From positions 32,001 through 96,000 of the IMG/VR virus record IMGVR_UViG_3300032245_000936: DNA of 64,000 nucleotides. One strand, 5' to 3'. Shown piece after piece: positions 18,218-26,251 of this stretch; position 1 is the stretch's first letter, and every line of letters begins with the position of its first letter. The notes under the pieces were generated by a model. The model saw nothing but the letters and a program-made list of their open reading frames with translations, did not search any database and was not told the origin of the DNA. The translations under genes were made by a program, and so were the position numbers. Origin of the DNA: a virus.

Positions 18218-19266
18218 TTGTAAAACCCTTTTCTATAAAAATTTACCTGTGTGATTTTTTCACCCGGAGCCGGAGTCAGTACCACATCTTTGATCTGTTT
18301 CTCAACACCATCACAGATGTAATAATGTTTACACTCTAAGCAGTCCTTGGTTTTATAGTATGTGCGGTTGCGTTTGAATGCGGCTGCATCATACATGGCC
18401 TTGAGTGGATCAGCGCGATATGTTTCAGGATCGATGTCACCATTGTATACCGCAATATTCCAATCATATACATCATAGATATGTTGATAATAATTGCAAA
18501 CGTATTGTTCATAGCCTGTCATGAAGCAATAAGGTGTGTACCTTACGTTGATTTTTTTAACTTGATCTTTTAACAAATCAATGGCCTGATGTACATAAGG
18601 TGTAACTTCAGCGTAGTTGATAGTGTCTTGTTTGCCAGCATCGTCCCAATAGTTGAGAGTGAGAAAGTTCACTTCAAAGGGTTGTAGTTCTTGCATCAGT
18701 GCCACAAACTTTGTGGGCAAGGATTTGTAGTTCCGGTGAGTCACTGTGCAATTAACACGAACCAAAATGCCTAACTCATGTGCATTGTGTATGGCCTGGA
18801 CAATATTTTCAAAGCCCTTGCGATGACCTACTAATATGTTGTGAGACTCTTTGTCATAACCATGTACACTAAATAGGATTTCTTCTAGTCCGTGTTCTTT
18901 TGATTTTGCTAAGAATTCTTTATTGGCAAATTTGTACCCATTGCTCAGTGTACTGATTTTCAATCCATGCCCGCGGCAGTAGTCTAGTATATCAAACCAT
19001 TGCTTGTGAATACTGCTTTCTCCACCACTAAGGTCTACTTCTTTAATTCCACAAGCAATCAAATAATCAATGCGTTCTTTTATTTTTTCAAACTCAGTTA
19101 CTTCATCAAGCTGTGTTTTGTAATAGCAGAACTCACAACGATAGTTGCAATGTGTGCCAGTGTCTAGTTTGGCACGATTGCACATAGGCTCGTTACTATC
19201 AATCTGTAACTTATTGCTCAGCTCGTTGTATAGTCTCACGTTCAATCTCTTGGTATTGTTGGTCAA
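18214..19266 (-). CDS. radical SAM enzyme with C-terminal PYC...CxxCxxxxxCdG cluster motif (start uncertain)
   Basis: CNYRCEFC; SGGES; SNG; FSVHG....H; CLECKHYYICDG. Confidence 0.9.
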   Translation of the reverse strand: MTNNTKRLNVRLYNELSNKLQIDSNEPMCNRAKLDTGTHCNYRCEFCYYKTQLDEVTEFEKIKERIDYLIACGIKEVDLSGGESSIHKQWFDILDYCRGHGLKISTLSNGYKFANKEFLAKSKEHGLEEILFSVHGYDKESHNILVGHRKGFENIVQAIHNAHELGILVRVNCTVTHRNYKSLPTKFVALMQELQPFEVNFLTLNYWDDAGKQDTINYAEVTPYVHQAIDLLKDQVKKINVRYTPYCFMTGYEQYVCNYYQHIYDVYDWNIAVYNGDIDPETYRADPLKAMYDAAAFKRNRTYYKTKDCLECKHYYICDGVEKQIKDVVLTPAPGEKITQVNFYRKGFYK

Positions 19267-20056
19267 TTGGCTCTGGATCAGCCTGATATTTCTTTTTACT
19301 TGCCACCATCAATTTAAATGATGACACCGATTCTTTATAACAAGTCCTACTAAAACTACTGCAATGATTTAAACATATACTTTGGCTATCAAAGAACTTG
19401 TATCTAATAGGGTGCTCTAATGCTTCCTTTAGTGACACTGTGTTTAGATTTGCAAAGGCCAACTTATCATTATAAGGAACATTGTCTTTTACGAACTTAC
19501 AAAACATCACATCACCATTGGCCAATATCTTGGGCATACTGTGAAAATGGCATTTGAGTTTAGAGTTGAATTCTTCGTTTATTTTTGTGCCGGTGTAATT
19601 GAAAACATAGTTTCGATCGCGGCGCTCTAGGTTGTAACGTATACCGGCTGCATCAAGTTCATCAATTCGACGATGCACAATATCAAATAAATTTTTATCC
19701 ATGCCGGTTAGCTCTTTGAACTTTTCTGGAGTGTCACCATAATAACTGATACAGAATTTAATATTGGTCATACCAATTTTTTTCAGCTTCTCTACATTCA
19801 CTGCGGTTACATTGGTAAACACAATGGTGTATTTCATATGCGTGTTTACAAAATCAAGCATTTCATAAATGTCAGGATGCAGGAATGGTTCGCCTTTTGC
19901 AGGAATCAAATCAACTTCTGTTATGCCCATTGCCTTTGCTTCTAAAATAATTCTTTTGAATAATTCTAGATCCATATACTGCGGCTCGGTGATATCTTTG
20001 GCTTTGCAAAAATAGCATTTGAAATTGCAATACTCAATGATTTCTACCACTATCAT
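19211..20056 (-). CDS. radical SAM enzyme with twitch/SPASM-like C-terminus
   Basis: CNFKCYFC; kGEPFLHP; C......I.aNGDV.FC...anL...sL.E...CLNHC. Confidence 0.88.
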   Translation of the reverse strand: MIVVEIIEYCNFKCYFCKAKDITEPQYMDLELFKRIILEAKAMGITEVDLIPAKGEPFLHPDIYEMLDFVNTHMKYTIVFTNVTAVNVEKLKKIGMTNIKFCISYYGDTPEKFKELTGMDKNLFDIVHRRIDELDAAGIRYNLERRDRNYVFNYTGTKINEEFNSKLKCHFHSMPKILANGDVMFCKFVKDNVPYNDKLAFANLNTVSLKEALEHPIRYKFFDSQSICLNHCSSFSRTCYKESVSSFKLMVASKKKYQADPEPIDQQYQEIERETIQRAEQ

Positions 20057-20946
20057 ATTATGCCTTTAAGGATGTCCACTATCTCATCATTGGGCTTTAG
20101 ATGGATGCTGTCAAACTTATAGTCAATATCCCAGCGTCTCCAATACAGTCCTAGATCTTCTGCCCAGTAATCTATATCATGATAAATTACCTCTTTGCTG
20201 TAGTATTTACATTCGGCTATGAAACGAGGCGAACAATCCCACTTTCTTTCAACTGGAGTGTACACATACGTGGTAAACTGTTCAAACAGATTGTCTACTG
20301 GTGGAAGTATAAACGTAATTCCAGTCACTGGAGTTGGTTGATTTTCTGCATTGGTAATTGCAACAATAGGTTTATTGTATCTTGCAAAGTCTGCCCAATC
20401 TTTTATATTGCGGCAGTTTTTGGTGGCATACAGCAATATTTGATTTTTGCTTTCGCCAATGGTTTTTAGTCGACTAAAGAGTATTTTCTTTTTATAGTTG
20501 ATTCCGTTGGTTTTGACAGGATCATACACACGGTCGTCTTGTAAGATGTAGACGTTGTGTTTATCATTGTCTTTGATCTCTTTGTTTCCGCAAGCAAAGA
20601 AGATGATGTTGTCAAATAACAGCGTGTACTCTTGTGCATTTACAATACCTCCGTCTGTAAATAAAATATTACGGCCACGTAACAAACTAGGGCGATTGCC
20701 GAACACAGTATGTGCGCGAATATCGGCAATTTCATGATCTGTAAAATCATACTTGTTTCTAATACTTCTCTCAACGGTTTGCCAATCAATATCTTCTCCT
20801 AAAAAAATTCCCACTTTAAAATGATCTTTGAGTACGTGATAGTAGTCAAATACTTCAAAGGTATGTCCACACACGCCGTGATTGTTGTTGCTCCAGGTAT
20901 AGCTGAGCCAGAGATCGTACGAAGGATCTAATTGTATTATTTTCAT
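20053..20946 (-). CDS. hypothetical protein, possible GT-B glycosyltransferase-like; paralog of 20943..21731
   Basis: N-terminal G...f..f.Y and C-terminal D.spR.i.Ec.YY.K.V, which resembles the GT-B E...g.pV motif. Confidence 0.55.
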   Translation of the reverse strand: MKIIQLDPSYDLWLSYTWSNNNHGVCGHTFEVFDYYHVLKDHFKVGIFLGEDIDWQTVERSIRNKYDFTDHEIADIRAHTVFGNRPSLLRGRNILFTDGGIVNAQEYTLLFDNIIFFACGNKEIKDNDKHNVYILQDDRVYDPVKTNGINYKKKILFSRLKTIGESKNQILLYATKNCRNIKDWADFARYNKPIVAITNAENQPTPVTGITFILPPVDNLFEQFTTYVYTPVERKWDCSPRFIAECKYYSKEVIYHDIDYWAEDLGLYWRRWDIDYKFDSIHLKPNDEIVDILKGII

Positions 20947-21731
20947 CTGAGCATTGCCTTTACCATTACATCATCTTGTGTCAGTGTGTAATTAGTCAGT
21001 CCGTTTTGTTTGATATCATTGTAGCGTAGCATGATTGAATCTACACCTGTATAGACTTCTTCTACTGTGACTTGTTTATTGTAATAAAATCCCTCAGGGA
21101 TGATTCGATTGTTGCTGTCTCGTACCACATGTATATAATGCACTGCATCAATCAATTCAAACAAGTTGCCTACTCCAGTGTGTTGCTTCTTTAGTATAAT
21201 TGGTCGATTGAACTGTTTCTTTAATCGTTCATATTCAAATCGAATAAACTGTGGGTCCAGACAACTCACAAACACGCCAGGTGCTGAAGTTGTTAGCTGT
21301 GGGAATATTTCAAAGTTTAATTTTAGATAGCAGAACACATCGTAGTATTGAAAATCATAGCTTCCGTAGTAGGTTACAGATCTTTGATTGCGGTAGCGGA
21401 ACCATTCGTGTTCTTCGTTGCTAAAACAATGTACTTCGTTGGTGAAAAACTCTCGGCATTGACGAAATGTATCAACATCCAGTACCAGAGTTCTGTCTAG
21501 ATCAAGTTGATAGAGTTCGGTGAGTTTGATTGGAACAATGCCGTCTGTGAAAATTTGATATTTTTGAGAAAGTATGTTTGCGACGAGGCGAAGATCGCCT
21601 TCTGTTATGCCTATAACATAAAATTGAACATCAGTATATTTTTGTAAAAACTTAAAATATTCAAAGCAGTAAAACAGAGTTCCGTTGATCTTGTTATGTG
21701 GTTTGTGTTTGTACACCACTCCAAGTTTCAT
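20943..21731 (-). CDS. hypothetical protein, possible GT-B glycosyltransferase-like; paralog of 20053..20946
   Basis: NGTLFYCFEY and DSNNRIIPEGFYYNKQV align with the paralog. Confidence 0.55.
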   Translation of the reverse strand: MKLGVVYKHKPHNKINGTLFYCFEYFKFLQKYTDVQFYVIGITEGDLRLVANILSQKYQIFTDGIVPIKLTELYQLDLDRTLVLDVDTFRQCREFFTNEVHCFSNEEHEWFRYRNQRSVTYYGSYDFQYYDVFCYLKLNFEIFPQLTTSAPGVFVSCLDPQFIRFEYERLKKQFNRPIILKKQHTGVGNLFELIDAVHYIHVVRDSNNRIIPEGFYYNKQVTVEEVYTGVDSIMLRYNDIKQNGLTNYTLTQDDVMVKAMLR

Positions 21732-21732
21732 A

Positions 21733-22347
21733 TTAAAATCTTGCGTAGAAGTCTTCTAAAAAGTTTTGTTCTATTGTTTTAACTTCTTCTTGTGTGTTAG
21801 ACAATTTAATTGCAGTGCGGAATGCACTGAACTTTCTTTCTAGCTGTGCCACAGATTCAATTTCATCTTTGTAGTTTAGATAATCTTCTAACTTGGTAAT
21901 CAGTTTCTCGTCGCCGGTTTCAAGTATTTCCAAATACTTTTCTTCACGGTTGTCATTGGTGATGAAATATCCAGCATTGGCTAGATCGTTGTTGAGCATG
22001 ATAAATCCATACATGGTCAGCCCAGCAATCTTGGAAAGCTCTGGTGTAATCAACATGCGAATTTTTATCATGGCTGCATTTCTTGCTTCCTGGAGAGGGT
22101 CTGTTTCCATAAGGTCAATGACCTCAAACTCCCCGGGCAATACTTCCGTGGTTCTGAGAGTTTTACTGATATGAATAGTTTTGTTTTCAACCACTGCTTT
22201 TTTCATCATCTCAGCACTCATGTAACTGAGTTTGAGATATTTTTCTTGGTGGTCCGCCGGGGCATCTAATGTGTTGTTGACCACATTAGTTACCCGGTAG
22301 TAAGTGCCGCAGTCAATGACGTGGGCCAGATCGTAAAGCATTGTCAT
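21733..22347 (-). CDS. hypothetical protein, possible fibre assembly chaperone
   Basis: ATG at 22347 with GAGGA SD. Directly follows the fibre-like gene; helical C-terminus (aIkls.tqEEvk.I) recalls tail-fibre-associated chaperones. Confidence 0.5.
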   Translation of the reverse strand: MTMLYDLAHVIDCGTYYRVTNVVNNTLDAPADHQEKYLKLSYMSAEMMKKAVVENKTIHISKTLRTTEVLPGEFEVIDLMETDPLQEARNAAMIKIRMLITPELSKIAGLTMYGFIMLNNDLANAGYFITNDNREEKYLEILETGDEKLITKLEDYLNYKDEIESVAQLERKFSAFRTAIKLSNTQEEVKTIEQNFLEDFYARF

Positions 22348-22373
22348 AATTGATTCCTCATTGTATACCAAAT

Positions 22374-23042
22374 TCAGATTGGTAAGAGTTTATAGTTCAC
22401 CATGTAAAATCCGCGAGCATCCTTCTTTAATGCTTGTTCATGTTTGGTTCCAACTAGTTCTTGAGCAATAACGCCAACATACTCTGTGGCTTTGTCCCAG
22501 ATATATGTCCAAGAATAGATATTCAGACCATTGCGTGTTTCAATGAACTTGATGTTTTCTTTGAGACGTTGATCACTGTAGTTACAACCGCAGTCGTTGT
22601 GACAACTACAAACGTTGTTACAGGAGCAGTCTGAATTACAAATACAATCTTGGCGAATTACATCGTAACGTGCTTTGAGCTCCGTCCAATGAGTAATCTG
22701 TACCTTTGTGCCTGCGGCCAGCGAAGCCGGAACTGTGGTCAGATATGCTACCATAGTACGAAGATTGTTGTATTGTCCTGACGTGGCTGTGGTTGCGCCC
22801 GGTGAAAATGCAGTTCCCTCATACAATGTGTATGGGCCGTAATCGCCATGAGAATCATAACGAGCAATCTCGTCACGAATACTGCTACGTAATAAATTTA
22901 TATCTGCGGCTGTTACCTTACCACCTTGAGCCCATTCATTACTCATGGTAATGGCTCTGTTAGTAGAGCAGCCAGGACGGTGATTTGAACAGGATGATGT
23001 GCCTGTTCCGTGGTCAGTGCAGTGTGAACCAGAGCATGCCAT
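22374..23042 (-). CDS. Cys-rich fibre-like protein with C-terminal peptidase S74 intramolecular chaperone; candidate radical-SAM substrate
   Basis: N-terminal 4-Cys/His segment; CICNSD-CSCNNV-CSCHND-CGCNY repeat; then SDQRLKENI...GVIAQEL...VNY, the S74 signature. Confidence 0.85.
   Translation of the reverse strand: MACSGSHCTDHGTGTSSCSNHRPGCSTNRAITMSNEWAQGGKVTAADINLLRSSIRDEIARYDSHGDYGPYTLYEGTAFSPGATTATSGQYNNLRTMVAYLTTVPASLAAGTKVQITHWTELKARYDVIRQDCICNSDCSCNNVCSCHNDCGCNYSDQRLKENIKFIETRNGLNIYSWTYIWDKATEYVGVIAQELVGTKHEQALKKDARGFYMVNYKLLPI
22578..22646 (-). repeat. (CxCxxx)4 coding repeat, residues 133-155
   Basis: Eight Cys with 6-residue periodicity, ending immediately before the Ser-Asp of the S74 cleavage motif. 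Confidence 0.9.
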
Positions 23043-23046
23043 TTGG

Positions 23047-24222
23047 TTAAGTTCCTTCCATTTCTAATTGTTTTGCTTTTTCAGTAACAACTTGTAATTC
23101 GTTGTCAAGGTAGGATTGAACGGTTCTATCAATTTCACCAAATGCCTTAAAAAAGCCACACATGTTGTTTACCCAACGATCAGTCCAACGATCGAAGTAA
23201 TCTTCTTTTTTGCTATTGTCTAAACTGGACACTGGGCAAATCATACAAGTCGTAGCAACACAGCCTTTGCAAATATCTGAAACTGTACGAATTGGAATGC
23301 TGTATGTTTCACTCATCTTGGCTACGTCGTCAACAAAACTGTCTTGGTCAATACTACTGCCTCTCATGAGTTCTTTGTTTGGACTGTACAAAGATCCATG
23401 GCAAGCATAGCTTTGTCCATCAACGTCAATGGCGTGCATGTTGGCACCAGACGCACAGTGTACTTTTGTGTCGCCGCCGTCAAACCATGACATCAAATGA
23501 TGATTGTGCTCACGATAGAATTTGATTTCTTCTCGCGCAACCATTAACATTTCTTTTCTAAAATCTTCAATCATCTTAGGCAAGTCGCCAGATGGAATCT
23601 CATTCACATAATCAATTGTAGGAGCATAGGTCACTGTGATATTTCTACCAATGCTGTTTAGACGTTGGTGTAAATCACGGAAGTCTAACCAAGTCTTGTA
23701 AAGACCAGTCATGCTCTTGAGAGGAATGGTGCTTTTCAATGAGATGTTAATACCTTTACGTGCAAAGTATTCAATGTTCTCTACCACTGTGGAGCTGGTT
23801 GGTTTACCAGTGTGAGTTAAACGGAATTTGTCATTGATGTCTTTTCCGTCGTAACTGATTTGAATCTGTAGTTTGCTAGTATCTACTGCATCAAAAATAT
23901 CTTCTAGGCGCTTGCGGTTATAACCATTGGTGTAGATATGAAATTCAATCTCAGGATACTCATTGAATTCATTCATTACATCAATAATCATTTTACCATT
24001 TAGTGTTGGCTCACCACCCCAGAAGCTGATGTTCAAGCTGTCATATTTGTTGCGGAACCAAGGTGACTTTCTTAGTTCGTGAATACGCTGTTTAACTAGA
24101 TCTAGTTTGTCGTCTAGACGTTGTTTGTTGGTCTTCACACCCTCAAAGCAATAGGTGCAACCCAAGTTGCACAAAGCAGTGGTGGTGATTTCGATAGTAA
24201 ATTGTCCTAAACGTTCATTCAT
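23047..24222 (-). CDS. radical SAM/SPASM maturase (anSME/peptide-maturase-like)
   Basis: CNLGCTYC; FWGGEPTL; YTNG; ISYDG; SPASM CASG...DG..YAC...CKGC....CMICP...C. Confidence 0.93.
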   Translation of the reverse strand: MNERLGQFTIEITTTALCNLGCTYCFEGVKTNKQRLDDKLDLVKQRIHELRKSPWFRNKYDSLNISFWGGEPTLNGKMIIDVMNEFNEYPEIEFHIYTNGYNRKRLEDIFDAVDTSKLQIQISYDGKDINDKFRLTHTGKPTSSTVVENIEYFARKGINISLKSTIPLKSMTGLYKTWLDFRDLHQRLNSIGRNITVTYAPTIDYVNEIPSGDLPKMIEDFRKEMLMVAREEIKFYREHNHHLMSWFDGGDTKVHCASGANMHAIDVDGQSYACHGSLYSPNKELMRGSSIDQDSFVDDVAKMSETYSIPIRTVSDICKGCVATTCMICPVSSLDNSKKEDYFDRWTDRWVNNMCGFFKAFGEIDRTVQSYLDNELQVVTEKAKQLEMEGT

Positions 24223-24452
24223 TGTGTGTCTTTCCCCATGGTCATAATTTCATCTAAAATGCTCATCATACGATCATCTGAAACTTTTTCTTCTTCAGGT
24301 TGAATAATCAACGCCATTTCAGCTGCCATGTGTAAAAGTTTATCGGATTCGTCCTGAAATTCTTGCACATTTGACAAGTGTTTGGATGCTTCCAGTAGAT
24401 GATTGCTGGCATAAAACAGCGCCTTGTTCATCTTTTTAATGCTAGTTGACAT
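24219..24452 (-). CDS. small helical hypothetical protein between the two SPASM enzymes
   Basis: 77 aa from ATG at 24452; overlaps both neighbours. Confidence 0.7.
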   Translation of the reverse strand: MSTSIKKMNKALFYASNHLLEASKHLSNVQEFQDESDKLLHMAAEMALIIQPEEEKVSDDRMMSILDEIMTMGKDTQ

Positions 24453-25449
24453 TCTCAATTTCCTCTTTAAGTTGTTGTATAAAGTACGGATTGCTACCTA
24501 GCTCTTGTGACATCCTACTTACTTGCCTGTAAGTGTATTTATATATGCTACAGAGCTCCACGATAGGACCTTTGTTTTTGATTTGCTCAAATAAACAGCC
24601 TTTTTCGCAGTAGTTTTTTACTTCGCAGGATTGACACTCGGGCATTTGTGCATATTTGGGTATTTCTGCAATCAGCTCGGGTGCTTTGGTAAAACGTGTG
24701 CAGGGCACAATCTTGTTGTCGCTGAACATGAATATGTCTGTTCCTGCGCCGCAGTTGTGTTTTTCTAATCCTTTAACTTTGTAATTTAAAAAATGGCGAA
24801 GATAAAATGTGATGAAAAACGGCATCTGCTCATGCGGATTTGCGATGTACCAATCAAACAGTTCTTCGATACCTGCTTTGAGTTTTTCCACACTAGCAGA
24901 ATCCCATACATCAACGTCACGTACCAGCGTAAGCTCTGGATTCACTCCAAAGTGCTTTTTTATAAACAAATGATTTTCCAATAGGTTATAGCAACCCTTG
25001 TAAATCATTGTGTGCATACGTAGGTTGGGTATCTGTTTGAATAGATCTGCTTTTTCTAAAAATCTATGTGAGGTTTTGCGACCGTTTAACTGTAGCCTAT
25101 ATTTGTCTTGCCACAGTCCGTCAAAACTCACAGATGTTTCAATTTGTTCTTTAACTAGGTACTCCAGTATTTCATCTGTTAACAACAACCCATTCGTGGG
25201 CATGAATAATTTTACATTGCCATCTTCACGTACACCATCTACTATACGCTGAATCAAATCAAATTGCAACAGGGGCTCACCCCCAAAAAAATCAATCTTG
25301 ATACGTTCAGTCGGGTGTTGTTCCCGCATCTTTCGAAACTCATCAAGATACATGTCTACATCAATGGCTTTTTTGCTCCATTTATCCACGTCACAGTAGG
25401 TGCAATTTAGATTGCACTTTTCTGAAAGGACCACAAGCAAGGTTTTCAT
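24442..25449 (-). CDS. radical SAM/SPASM maturase (anSME/peptide-maturase-like)
   Basis: CNLNCTYC; FFGGEPLL; TNGLLL; VSFDG; SPASM CGAG...VPC...CQSC....CEKGC...LC. Confidence 0.93.
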   Translation of the reverse strand: MKTLLVVLSEKCNLNCTYCDVDKWSKKAIDVDMYLDEFRKMREQHPTERIKIDFFGGEPLLQFDLIQRIVDGVREDGNVKLFMPTNGLLLTDEILEYLVKEQIETSVSFDGLWQDKYRLQLNGRKTSHRFLEKADLFKQIPNLRMHTMIYKGCYNLLENHLFIKKHFGVNPELTLVRDVDVWDSASVEKLKAGIEELFDWYIANPHEQMPFFITFYLRHFLNYKVKGLEKHNCGAGTDIFMFSDNKIVPCTRFTKAPELIAEIPKYAQMPECQSCEVKNYCEKGCLFEQIKNKGPIVELCSIYKYTYRQVSRMSQELGSNPYFIQQLKEEIENVN

Positions 25450-26183
25450 TTTCTATAGATCTCGTTTAATTTTAATACAGTATTTAAGAGCTCTATGTCA
25501 AACATATCTGCTAGTGCTTTTGTATCTTTAGGCAAGCACGGGCCACCAAAGCCTCGCTGGCCATCTGGGCCCGGAACTTGAAAATGATGTGTGCCCATCC
25601 ATGGCTGCATTTTTAACACATCAACGATACTGTTGTAGTCAGCGCCCAGCTCATTGGCAACATCATATATGGCATTCATGTATGTTACTTTGAGTGCATA
25701 AAAACTGTTCATTGTGTATTTGGCCAATGCCGCAGTTTTTATGTCTGTGAATTTTACTGTGCTCATGTTCACATCAGAGTATTTGCGATACAGATCTGCC
25801 ACACGCTGAGTTTTGTCTGTGTCACCACCTAGTAGTACAAAAGGCGGGTTAATAAAATCATCTGCGGCTGTTGCACGGCTTAAAAACTCGGGGTTGTAAA
25901 CAATGTCGTATTGTTCTAGCACATGTGGAAGTGCTGTGCTTTTTACAACAACAATTCCTTGGTAATTGGTACTTTTAATACGTTCCAATGTTTCACGTAG
26001 TATTTGATAGTTGCTATGATCAGTAGGAGTAGGCACACATACAAAAACAGCGTCAGGATTTTCCCCACACATATATTCTATGCTGAGATCGTTGTATGCA
26101 GGGTCAGAGAGCATCACTGCGGTTTTACTAAACCCAGTTGCCACCGCCTTGCCAACCATTCCGTAACCAATTATTCCGATCAT
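25446..26183 (-). CDS. ugd: UDP-glucose/GDP-mannose 6-dehydrogenase family, short form
   Basis: IGIIGYGMVG, FVCVPTP, KST, NPEFL, K...N...a.Kv, GFGGPCLPKD. Lacks the C-terminal domain. Confidence 0.88.
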   Translation of the reverse strand: MIGIIGYGMVGKAVATGFSKTAVMLSDPAYNDLSIEYMCGENPDAVFVCVPTPTDHSNYQILRETLERIKSTNYQGIVVVKSTALPHVLEQYDIVYNPEFLSRATAADDFINPPFVLLGGDTDKTQRVADLYRKYSDVNMSTVKFTDIKTAALAKYTMNSFYALKVTYMNAIYDVANELGADYNSIVDVLKMQPWMGTHHFQVPGPDGQRGFGGPCLPKDTKALADMFDIELLNTVLKLNEIYRK

Positions 26184-26199
26184 GAGTTCTTTCGTAGAA

Positions 26200-26238
26200 A
26201 CAGGTGTTATTGTAGCAAAACAACAACACCTGTGTCAA
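26200..26238 (-). promoter_or_regulatory. sigma70-type promoter (TTGACA-N18-TACAAT with extended TG) overlapped by an inverted repeat
   Basis: Minus strand: TTGACA 26238-26233, TGc then TACAAT 26214-26209. IR arms ACAGGTGTT 26200-26208 and AACACCTGT 26225-26233. Confidence 0.75.
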
Positions 26239-26251
26239 GTACTATTTTAGA

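Noticed and set aside
22374-23042. Simple metallothionein or secreted bacteriocin
   Set aside because: There is no double-glycine leader, signal peptide, dedicated transporter or immunity gene. The S74 domain and fibre-like motifs indicate a trimeric virion protein, though metal binding remains possible.
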